NCBI GenBank assembly: GCA_963675745.2
Contig: CAXXWX010000026.1
Span: 739,591-763,590 of the forward strand
DNA length: 24,000 bases
Source of the DNA: Phycisphaerae bacterium
GTDB lineage: Bacteria; Planctomycetota; Phycisphaerae; UBA1845; Fen-1342
Direction of reading: 5' to 3'
The position numbers were made by a program, and so were the translations under genes. The notes below the pieces were generated by a model. The model did no database searches. It was not told the origin of the DNA and worked only from the letters and a program-made list of their open reading frames with translations. This document shows positions 8,647 to 16,140 of the stretch, piece by piece; the first letter of the stretch is position 1, and each line of letters starts with the position of its first letter.

Positions 8647-9600
8647 CTACCCGGTCACCACGGCGACCAGGGGCGGCAGTTTTATCCTCATCCCGGGCAT
8701 AAGCCGATTGGCGTCGCGCAGCTTGTTCAGGCGCTTGATCTCCGGCCAGCGACGCTCGTTGTTCAGGACGCGGCGCGCGATGCTGCTCAGCGAATCAGAC
8801 TTCTGGATGGTATACCAGAACGTACCATCTGTCTCGGATGCTTCCACCGCTGCGATGTTCACAGCATGCGCGCCGCTGCCACCTCGACCATCGTTCGACG
8901 CCGACCGCGCCAGCGTGAGCGCCGATTCCAGATCGGGGTGTGCGGGGATAATCAGCTTCTCATCTACCAGTAAACGATGGCGACGACCCTTCAGCTTGGG
9001 GTTGGCCGCCACCAATACATCCAACGCCTGTGGACTGCTGGTTCCCCAGAACCGCCGCGCCAGCCGCGCCAGCGAGTCGCCGCGACGTACGACGTGTATC
9101 GCCGCGGCGGGAACGGGCGGCTCATCCACCACCGGAGGCTCCTCCACTACTGCGACCACAGTGTCCTGAGTGCCCTCGTCCTCGGCCCAGCCTGCCGGAT
9201 CGCCGGCGGCGTCGATCTCGTCTACGTACTCACTCTCCTCCCAGGACGAGTCCGCGTACGCCACCGGCCGGACTACCAGAGGCGGCAGCGTTGACGCAAC
9301 CGTGTCCTGATGACGCACGTTCGCCGGTGCGATGGCCAGCATTGGCTGCGCGCCGCGTTGGGCGGTTTGCGCCCGTTCCACGATGCTGGGCACACTGAAC
9401 ATCGCACGCGCCTGGCCCGCATCGGTCCGCGCCACGGGCGCGGACAACTCACCACCCAACCAGGCCTCGTCCGACATGCGCGCGACGAGCGGGGACGGCT
9501 CGGCCTCGAGTGGCTGTGGTGCCCAGTCCAGCAGATACGCCATACCGACAGTGAACGCTACGCAAGCCCCCAGCGCGGTACGCACACCTCCGATTGCCAT
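8647..9600 (-). CDS. Membrane-anchored protein with two C-terminal LysM peptidoglycan-binding domains
   Basis: ATG 9600 has a perfect AAGGAGG 5 nt upstream and starts 15 nt after the rsmH stop. N-terminal hydrophobic helix AIGGVRTALGACVAFTVGMAYLL, then an acidic/Pro-rich linker (VVEEPPVVDEPPVP). Two LysM-like repeats follow: IHVVRRGDSLARLARRFWG...LIIP and WYTIQKSDSLSSIARRVLNN...MRIKLP. Confidence 0.8.
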   Translation of the reverse strand: MAIGGVRTALGACVAFTVGMAYLLDWAPQPLEAEPSPLVARMSDEAWLGGELSAPVARTDAGQARAMFSVPSIVERAQTAQRGAQPMLAIAPANVRHQDTVASTLPPLVVRPVAYADSSWEESEYVDEIDAAGDPAGWAEDEGTQDTVVAVVEEPPVVDEPPVPAAAIHVVRRGDSLARLARRFWGTSSPQALDVLVAANPKLKGRRHRLLVDEKLIIPAHPDLESALTLARSASNDGRGGSGAHAVNIAAVEASETDGTFWYTIQKSDSLSSIARRVLNNERRWPEIKRLNKLRDANRLMPGMRIKLPPLVAVVTG

Positions 9601-9615
9601 CGCCGCCTCCTTGCG

Positions 9616-10521
9616 TCAACGCACTTCCGCCAGACGTTCCGCTACGCGCAGCTTGGCGCTGCGACTGCGCCGATTTCGCGCGCGTTCCTGCACATCGGCG
9701 ATCACGGGCCGCTTGGTGAGCTCCCTGAATGTGCCCGCCGACTTCGCCTCGCGCAGAAAGCGCTTGATGAATCCGTCTTCAATGCTGTGATAGGCCAGCA
9801 CGCCCAGGCGTCCACCCGGGCGCATATGCGCCGTAATCTCCGATAGGAAACGCTCCAGGTTGTCAAACTCGCGGTTTACGGCGACGCGGAGCGCCTGAAA
9901 CGTGCGTGTGCCCGGGTGATGCTTACCCCCGCCGCCCACAACCGACTCGATCGCGCTGGCCAATACGCGCGTGGTCGTGATGCGCGCGGCACGGCGGACT
10001 TCGCAGATGCGCTTTGCGATCTTGCGACTCATGCCTTCTTGACCGAACTCGTAAAACATGTCCGCCAGCTCTGTTTCACTCAGGCCGTTGACCAGATCGA
10101 GCGCCCTGGTTTTCTGCCTCCGATCGAAGCGCATATCCAGGGGCCCGTCGCGTTCAAAGGAGAATCCGCGTTCCCTGTCCGCCAACTGGGCGGAATTGAC
10201 GCCCAAATCCAGCAACGCCAGGTCGATTTGCTGGATGCCCTCGGCTTCGAGAACCGCCGGGAAGTCGGCGTAGTTGGCCGCGACCAGACGCACGGTCGCC
10301 CCGCCCGTGTGTGCCAACCGATGGCGGGTTGTCGCAAGCATCTCTTCATCGATGTCCACGCCGATGTAGACGCCGTCCGGCTCGATGCCGGGCAGGATAG
10401 CGCGCGCGTGCCCACCCAGGCCGACGGTGCCGTCAAGGACGACTTGGCCGGGTTGCGGCGCGAGCAGGCGCACGGTCTCCGCCACGAGTACGGGTTCGTG
10501 TTCCGGAGTCTGCTCGGCCAC
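9616..10521 (-). CDS. rsmH: 16S rRNA (cytosine1402-N4)-methyltransferase RsmH (MraW)
   Basis: HEPVLVAETVRLL, the SAM-binding DGTVGLGGHA, and DLGVNSAQL / SFERDGPLDMR regions typical of RsmH. GTG start at 10521. dcw context. Confidence 0.95.
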   Translation of the reverse strand: MAEQTPEHEPVLVAETVRLLAPQPGQVVLDGTVGLGGHARAILPGIEPDGVYIGVDIDEEMLATTRHRLAHTGGATVRLVAANYADFPAVLEAEGIQQIDLALLDLGVNSAQLADRERGFSFERDGPLDMRFDRRQKTRALDLVNGLSETELADMFYEFGQEGMSRKIAKRICEVRRAARITTTRVLASAIESVVGGGGKHHPGTRTFQALRVAVNREFDNLERFLSEITAHMRPGGRLGVLAYHSIEDGFIKRFLREAKSAGTFRELTKRPVIADVQERARNRRSRSAKLRVAERLAEVR

Positions 10522-10791
10522 GACGGATTCGGTTCGTGACGGGCGGGCAAACAGCGCGCCGCCCTCGGATTAGTGGTGGACGTGCCAGCCCAGTGCTGGT
10601 ACAAATACCGTCACCCCACCGGCCCCACCGATGGGGAGGGTGGCCGCCGCCCGCCATCCTTGGCTGCGGTACGGCCGAGAGCAAAGCGGATGTCCTTACC
10701 CGCTATCAGGAGCGCGGTAAAAAACCTAGCTCAGGAACTCCGAGCCCCTCGGGGCAGAGGCTCGACCGACGCTCCAGACGTTTCGTGGCGG

Positions 10792-10823
10792 CTACAGCGG
10801 GCCCGCTCGAAAGCCCGCTGTAG
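10792..10823 (-). promoter_or_regulatory. Stable hairpin in the mraZ-rsmH spacer (possible attenuator or processing site)
   Basis: Perfect 11-bp stem CTACAGCGGGC (10792-10802) / GCCCGCTGTAG (10813-10823) with a 10-nt loop, 50 nt downstream of the mraZ stop. No U-tract follows directly. A run of six T (minus strand, plus 10719-10724) lies about 70 nt further on. Confidence 0.3.
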
Positions 10824-10872
10824 CCTGCACCCCTGTTCACACAACCCACCAATATCGTCCGTCGTCCACGCT

Positions 10873-11403
10873 CTATGACTGCTCTGGGGCCACCGCGCTA
10901 CCAACACCCGCATCCGCGGGCCGGCCGCCTGAGGCCACTGCCCCAATCGCGCGCAGCTCGTTAATCGCCTCGTCACGGTGGCTCGTATATTCCTGCCAGA
11001 ACCGGTCCTCGAATTCCTCGTACTGCTTTCGGTCCCACACTTCGAGATGGTCGTGTACACCGACCAGCATCACCTCGCGCCCCAGCCCGGCGCGTTCGAG
11101 CAGCTTGGCCGGTATGGTCAAACGGCCCTGTTGTTCGTCGGGCGTGAGGTGCATACACTGCGAGTACTCGAACTGGGTCCAGGTGTATGTCGCGTCCGAT
11201 GTGCGGTCGGTGGCAAAACTGCACGGCCGGGCTTTCTCGAAGTACTCGTCGGGGAAGAGCATCAGCGTGCCCGGTCGCCGGCCGGGCGTTACATAGAACG
11301 CCCCGCTCCCGCCGGAGTTCTTCATGCGCTCGCGTACTGGATATGGCACCGGGACCCGCGACCGGGAATCGACCATCAGCGGAAAGGACCCGACAAAGAA
11401 CAT
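10873..11403 (-). CDS. mraZ: Transcriptional regulator MraZ (SpoVT/AbrB-like, duplicated domain)
   Basis: From ATG 11403 the protein starts MFFVGSFPLMVDSRSRVPVPYPVRE, with a second repeat DEQQGRLTIPAKLLERAGLGREVMLVGVHDHLEVWD. This matches the duplicated MraZ DxxxR/AbrB pattern. It is the first gene of the dcw cluster. The GTG at 11445 would add 14 atypical residues. Confidence 0.85.
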   Translation of the reverse strand: MFFVGSFPLMVDSRSRVPVPYPVRERMKNSGGSGAFYVTPGRRPGTLMLFPDEYFEKARPCSFATDRTSDATYTWTQFEYSQCMHLTPDEQQGRLTIPAKLLERAGLGREVMLVGVHDHLEVWDRKQYEEFEDRFWQEYTSHRDEAINELRAIGAVASGGRPADAGVGSAVAPEQS

Positions 11404-11486
11404 CGCCAGACACGCTCGTCCCCCCTCATCCCCCAGGGGGCCCACTTGAAGTCTGATTTGCCCACAACCACATCACACCGACGTGC

Positions 11487-11514
11487 AGTATACCCCCATC
11501 GCCCCCATTTGCAA
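11487..11514 (-). promoter_or_regulatory. Candidate sigma70-type promoter of mraZ/dcw operon
   Basis: On the minus strand, TTGCAA (11514-11509), a 16-nt spacer, then TATACT (11492-11487), about 85 nt upstream of the mraZ ATG. The spacer consists of two ATGGGGG direct repeats. Sequence match only. Confidence 0.35.
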
Positions 11515-11645
11515 ATCAAAATAGGCGCAGATGCTAAAAATCCGGCCGCTTTTCTGGCTGCCGCCCCCATCGAGCTCATTCTGGCGCTGATGTAGCGCTA
11601 CCACATCTGGGGCATCGGTCGCCGGTCGCCCGTCGAACGCGACTA

Positions 11646-12176
11646 TCAGTTGTGGTGGTGCTCCGAGCCGTGCTCGTCCCAGGTGCTGCGGACAAGTTGC
11701 AGGCCGTGGACACAACTTTCGAATTGTTCACTCAGCTTGCGCAGTAATGCCGCTGGCGGTTCTTCGTCAGGCTGGCTGAGCTCGCTGGCTATTTCGTATG
11801 AACGTTTGCCCTCGAGCATGTACCGATCGAGCAGGTCGGCGCCCTGCTGCCGCGGACGAAGCTGCTCCGGGAATACGCCGGCCCAGAACAACGTGAAGTC
11901 CCCGATGTAGCGGTTGACCGAGCGCCGCCGTGCATGTTCGTCAATATCCGGCCCGAGGCACGCCGCGCTGCGCATGCGCGAGAGTTCGCGGATTGCCGCT
12001 CCATCCACACGCCGCAGGCGATACACATCATCGACATGGATGAACTCGGTAAGCAATTGGCTCAGGTAATCCGTCAGGCGCATGTCACAGATCCCCACAT
12101 CGGTCAGGAACACCTGCTCCACGGCGCCGCGAAAGAGCAATCGCAACGGATGTCTGGGACCAAGCTCACAACGCAT
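11646..12176 (-). CDS. Hypothetical protein (176 aa), His-rich C-terminus
   Basis: Clean ORF with coding-like third-position G/C bias and protein-like composition. It ends in EHGSEHHHN. No family recognised. It is co-directional between the YacL-like gene and mraZ. Confidence 0.55.
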   Translation of the reverse strand: MRCELGPRHPLRLLFRGAVEQVFLTDVGICDMRLTDYLSQLLTEFIHVDDVYRLRRVDGAAIRELSRMRSAACLGPDIDEHARRRSVNRYIGDFTLFWAGVFPEQLRPRQQGADLLDRYMLEGKRSYEIASELSQPDEEPPAALLRKLSEQFESCVHGLQLVRSTWDEHGSEHHHN

Positions 12177-12382
12177 GGCAAGACCTCGCTCTGAACACGC
12201 GCTGCCCGGCTGACGACGGCTCTCCTGATCTTAGAGGCGACCAATGGCTCGTGGTCACAGCGCGGCACGTGCGCCACCACCGGATTTAGACGCGGTGGAT
12301 CGCTTGTCTTAGCGTCGGCAGGGCGAAGCGTGGGGTTTGCCAATACGCGCCGGCTGTCGGCGTGCCTGATAATCCGGCGGGT

Positions 12383-13456
12383 TCAGTTGCGCGAGCGGCG
12401 CCGCGGCGTCTGCGGCATCCCCTCCGGGCGTCCGAAAATCATGCGTCCGGCGGATGTCTGCAAGACACTCGTCACCGTGATTGTCACTTCTTCATTGAGA
12501 TGGTCGCGCGAGTTTTCGGCGACCACCATCGTGCCGTCTTCCAGATAACCGACACCCTGCCCACTCTCTTCGCCGGGCTTCACGATCCGCACCATCATCG
12601 TTTCGCCGGGCAGGACCACCGGTTTGAGCGCGTTTGCCAGGTCGTTGATGTTGATCACGTCAACGCCGCGGAGCTGCGCGATCTTGTTCAGGTTGTAGTC
12701 GTTGGTAACGACGCGGCCGTCGGTCTTCTTGGCCAGGGCAAGCAGCTTCTGGTCCACGTCACTGGCCTCTTCGATGCTCGGCAAGCGCGTATCCGAGATC
12801 TTGATCTCGACCTTGTCGTTGGTCTGGAGCTTGTTGAGCATGTCCAGGCCGCGACGCCCGCGCGTGCGTTTGAGCTTGTCCGAACTATCAGCGATCGTTT
12901 GCAGTTCCTGGAGCACAAAGCGCGGAATCACGAGGGGCGAGTCGATGATCTTCGTGTCACAGATGTCAGCGATCCGTCCATCGATGATCACGGACGTATC
13001 GAGGATCAACGGCCGGGCCCCGCGCGTCTGCCGCGCAAACTCCACATAGGGAATGACAAAGCGCACGTCGTCTTTCGTCTGCAACACGAAGCTGATCGCG
13101 AGATAGCAGCACACAATCCCAATCATCACCTTGACGGCTCCGATGAGACGCGGGACTTCCTCGGCGTAGGGGCTGTTGGCGTCGAGACTTGACAGGTCGA
13201 TGCGGAAGAATACCTCGAGCACCAGGTCCAGGATCAGGCCAAAGCCGAAGGCGAAAACCATCCCGGCCACCAGTCCCAGGAACGCCCCGGAGAGCGCTGC
13301 CAGCGATTTGCGCGTGGTGAAGAGGTCCACGGCGACCATCAGGCAGGCCGCGCCGATGGCCGACGTCATCAGCAATGGTGTGCGTTGCCCCGGCGCTGAC
13401 ATCGCCACTGCCGCCATCAGCAACACAAACAACCCCCGCAGCACCCAAAGCAGCAT
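12383..13456 (-). CDS. PIN and TRAM domain-containing integral membrane protein (YacL-like)
   Basis: About four N-terminal TM helices, then a PIN-like core ([19 protein letters not shown]...[16 protein letters not shown]...[15 protein letters not shown]) and a C-terminal TRAM-like beta domain ([31 protein letters not shown]). GGAG lies 7 nt upstream of ATG 13456. Confidence 0.8.
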   Translation of the reverse strand: MLLWVLRGLFVLLMAAVAMSAPGQRTPLLMTSAIGAACLMVAVDLFTTRKSLAALSGAFLGLVAGMVFAFGFGLILDLVLEVFFRIDLSSLDANSPYAEEVPRLIGAVKVMIGIVCCYLAISFVLQTKDDVRFVIPYVEFARQTRGARPLILDTSVIIDGRIADICDTKIIDSPLVIPRFVLQELQTIADSSDKLKRTRGRRGLDMLNKLQTNDKVEIKISDTRLPSIEEASDVDQKLLALAKKTDGRVVTNDYNLNKIAQLRGVDVININDLANALKPVVLPGETMMVRIVKPGEESGQGVGYLEDGTMVVAENSRDHLNEEVTITVTSVLQTSAGRMIFGRPEGMPQTPRRRSRN

Positions 13457-13779
13457 GATTTACTCCTCACCCGCCGGCAGACTACGCGCCACAGCGCGGC
13501 GGCGGGTTGACTCCTGTATGTGAGCGTTCGGTCGCATCTTCGCGGAAGACGTTCTCACGGTCTAAGCTCCGAGCGTTTGAAACGTCCACCGGTCAAATGC
13601 GTCATGAAACACTCCCCGTTATAATCCGTCGCCCATGGGTATGATCGCATGGCCCCCGAGACCACAAGGGGGCGGGTCGGGATCAAGGCCCGCGGGCATT
13701 CTACCGGGCCGCGAGCGCTGCACAAGGCGGCGAGCACCAGGGAGCCCTTGTCACCGCCACGTAGGAGCGCAAAGACCAC

Positions 13780-14451
13780 GTGTCCACCAGCAGATCAGCG
13801 AGGTCCGAGGAGAAGGCGGCTCAGCGCCGTCGCGTCGCGCGGCGAGCCGTGCGTGCGCTCAGCCGCAGTGACGTCCGCCTGGCCAAGCTGATCAAGCGGG
13901 TCGGCCCGTACCAGCCGAAACTGACGACCAATGCGTTCGTCGCGCTGATCGGCTCAATCATCCACCAGCAGGTGTCGCTCGCGGCCGGCGCTACGATCTT
14001 AGCGCGTCTGAGAGACCGTTGCGCGGGGCGCCGACTTTCGCCGAAATCCGTGCTCGCGCTTGATACGGACGCCCTGTGCGCGGTCGGGCTCTCACGCCAG
14101 AAGCGACGTTACGTTCGCGATGTGGCCGAGCACTTCGCCGATGGGCGACTCAGCGGCGCCAAACTGCGTCGCATGTCCGATGAAGACGTGATCACCGCCG
14201 CAACACAGGTTGTGGGCGTCGGGCGCTGGACGGCCGAGATGCTGCTGATCTTCTGCCTCGAGCGCCCCGACGTCTGGCCAGTGGATGATCTCGGCCTGCG
14301 CAGCGCGGTGCGCAACCACCTGGATCTTCACGAGCCACCAGATCGAGGCACGATGCTGCGGACCGGCGAGCACTGGCGACCATACCGCACGTATGCCACA
14401 TGGTATCTATGGCGCAGCCTGGAAAATCCGATAGCACCGGCGATAAGTTGA
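13780..14451 (+). CDS. DNA-3-methyladenine glycosylase II-like (HhH-GPD superfamily, AlkA/Mag type)
   Basis: Helix-hairpin-helix region VVGVGRWTAEMLLIFCL followed by the catalytic-Asp segment WPVDDLGLRSAV, plus IIHQQVSLAAGATILARL. GTG 13780 is the only start after an in-frame TAG at 13762. Confidence 0.8.
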   Translation: MSTSRSARSEEKAAQRRRVARRAVRALSRSDVRLAKLIKRVGPYQPKLTTNAFVALIGSIIHQQVSLAAGATILARLRDRCAGRRLSPKSVLALDTDALCAVGLSRQKRRYVRDVAEHFADGRLSGAKLRRMSDEDVITAATQVVGVGRWTAEMLLIFCLERPDVWPVDDLGLRSAVRNHLDLHEPPDRGTMLRTGEHWRPYRTYATWYLWRSLENPIAPAIS

Positions 14452-14457
14452 AACAAA

Positions 14458-14551
14458 GTAAGAAGTCAGAAGTAAGAAGTCAGAAATACGCCATCGGGCG
14501 CCGGACATGCCACGACAGCGCGTTTCTTACTTCTTACTTCTGACTTCTGAC
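14458..14551. terminator. Bidirectional intrinsic-terminator-like inverted repeat built from heptad repeats
   Basis: Arm 1 (14458-14485) is GTAAGAA GTCAGAA GTAAGAA GTCAGAA. Arm 2 (14524-14551) is TTCTTAC TTCTTAC TTCTGAC TTCTGAC. By manual alignment, 26 of 28 positions pair, with a 38-nt GC-rich loop. T-rich tails follow on both strands (TTTGAG on plus, TTTGTTT on minus). It lies between the convergent glycosylase and rpsA genes. Confidence 0.65.
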
Positions 14552-14560
14552 TTTGAGCCG

Positions 14561-16045
14561 CTACCACGTCAATCCGCCGCGCTCCGGACGCTTGCGGTCC
14601 TTCGCGGGCTTGATTGGCTCGGCGGGCTCCGGAGCTGTTTCCGACTCCTGCGCCGCCTTGATGGAGAGTGATATGCGCCGCTGCCCCAGGTCGACGTTCA
14701 ACACGCGGCACTCGACCACGTCGCCAACCTTGACAACGTCGCCGGCGGACCGGACGCGTTCGTGGCTCATCTCGGAGATGTGCACCAATCCCTCGATACC
14801 TTCTTCAAGCTGCACGAACGCACCAAACTGCACGATGCGCGTAACGGCGCCTTTGACAACGCTGTCCTGCTGATAGCGTTCGCCGGCGTTGTTCCAGGGA
14901 TCTTCACCGAGCGCGCGAAGGCTGAGGCTGACGCGGCGTTTGGCCGCATCCACGCTCAAGACCGACACGCGCACGGCGTCGTTCTCGCTGACGATCTCGC
15001 GCGGGTGCCTTACGTGCTGTGTCCAGCTCAGCTCACTGAGCGGGATCAGCCCCTCCACGCCCGGCTCCAGCTCGACAAACGCGCCGAAGTCCATCAGCCG
15101 GGTAACGCGCCCTTCGACGGTTTGTCCGGCACGGTAGTTGGCTTCGATCAACATCCAAGGATCAGGCGACATCTGCTTGATGCCCAGGGAGATTCGATCA
15201 CGCCGGCTGTCGATCTTCAGGATCTGCACGTCGAGTTCCTGGCCGACTTTCAACATCTCCTTGGGATGCTGAATTCGCGAGTAGCTCATATCACTGACGT
15301 GCAGCAGACCCTCGATTCCACCGATATCGACGAACGCGCCGAAATCCACCAGACGGCGCACAGTGCCTTTGCGCACCTGTCCGACCTCGAGCTGGCCCTT
15401 GAGCTCCTCGCGGGCGGTCTCCTGCTCGCGCTCGAGCACGCGGCGACGACTGAGCAGGACATTCTTGCCACGCCGGTTGACCTCGGTAACCTCACACTCG
15501 AGCCGGCGACCCACGAATCCGCGAAAGTCCTCGTGGCGCACAGTGTCAACCTGGCTGCGCGGCATGAATGCCCGAATGCCGTGGATGGCGAGTTCGAGCC
15601 CGCCTATGTTCGTACCGGTGACGCGCGCCTCGACGACATCGCCGACTTTGATTGAATCCCAGTCGGTATCGAGTTTGGTCTCGCGCAGTGACAGGCGCAT
15701 CTGACCGGAATCACGATCAAAGCCGTGCGGGATGAACTCGAATACCTGCCCCACCTCGGGAGGGTTCTCCGGCTCGAATTCGTCGCTCGAGATAAAGCCC
15801 TCGGCTTTGCCGCCATAGTCGATGAAGACGTCGTTGTCGCGCATGCCGACGATTCGCCCCTGAATCCGATTGCGCTCGCCTTCTGCTGGACTGTGCTCAT
15901 GGCGACGCTTCCTGGACCGCGGCTCCATCGCATCGGGCTTCATGCCCTCCAGGGCCTTGTCCATTTCCTGCTTGAGGGATTCGTCGTCGAATTGCTGTGG
16001 GTCAATTGACACGCCGGCACCATTCCCGCCGCGGCCACGCCGCAT
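14561..16045 (-). CDS. rpsA: 30S ribosomal protein S1
   Basis: Series of S1 RNA-binding (OB-fold) repeats, for example GDVVEARVTGTNIGGLELAIHGIRAFMPRSQ, GQVRKGTVRRLVDFGAFVDIGGIEGLLHVSDMS, GQTVEGRVTRLMDFGAFVELEPGVEGLIPLSELS, VVKGAVTRIVQFGAFVQLEEGIEGLVHISEMS and GDVVECRVLNVDLGQRRISLSIK. Confidence 0.9.
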   Translation of the reverse strand: MRRGRGGNGAGVSIDPQQFDDESLKQEMDKALEGMKPDAMEPRSRKRRHEHSPAEGERNRIQGRIVGMRDNDVFIDYGGKAEGFISSDEFEPENPPEVGQVFEFIPHGFDRDSGQMRLSLRETKLDTDWDSIKVGDVVEARVTGTNIGGLELAIHGIRAFMPRSQVDTVRHEDFRGFVGRRLECEVTEVNRRGKNVLLSRRRVLEREQETAREELKGQLEVGQVRKGTVRRLVDFGAFVDIGGIEGLLHVSDMSYSRIQHPKEMLKVGQELDVQILKIDSRRDRISLGIKQMSPDPWMLIEANYRAGQTVEGRVTRLMDFGAFVELEPGVEGLIPLSELSWTQHVRHPREIVSENDAVRVSVLSVDAAKRRVSLSLRALGEDPWNNAGERYQQDSVVKGAVTRIVQFGAFVQLEEGIEGLVHISEMSHERVRSAGDVVKVGDVVECRVLNVDLGQRRISLSIKAAQESETAPEPAEPIKPAKDRKRPERGGLTW

Positions 16046-16140
16046 GCGGCCTGATCGTTGTGACCGTTCTCATGTTATCCGGACCTATCGCCGCGTGGTC
16101 ACATTGACGCGGTACGTCCAGCGATCGTCGGAGGAGCTGA

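Noticed and set aside
10433-10684. 83-aa minus-strand ORF in the mraZ-rsmH spacer, as a possible small protein gene.
   Set aside because: It is Gly/Arg/Pro-rich, has no properly spaced ribosome-binding site, and runs about 90 nt out of frame into rsmH. It is more likely a chance open frame in GC-rich structured RNA/DNA.
11404-11445. GTG 11445 as the mraZ start.
   Set aside because: MraZ proteins characteristically begin MF.G, followed by the first DxxxR repeat. ATG 11403 reproduces this (MFFVGSFPLMVDSRSR), while the extension adds an atypical Gly-rich peptide.
13457-13779. Small ORFs (13555-13779 minus, 13635-13871 plus, 13649-13891 plus), a TATAAT hexamer at 13618-13623 and local GC hairpins in the divergent YacL-like/glycosylase intergenic region.
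   Set aside because: The ORFs are low-complexity, overlap each other and have no ribosome-binding site or family signal. The TATAAT has no acceptable -35 at 16-18 nt. I could not support a specific promoter or RNA call, so the region is left as an unannotated divergent promoter region.
14458-14551. Heptad repeats as a CRISPR array or minisatellite.
   Set aside because: The units are 7 nt with no spacers, and the two blocks are inverted relative to each other. This is a hairpin, not a repeat-spacer array.
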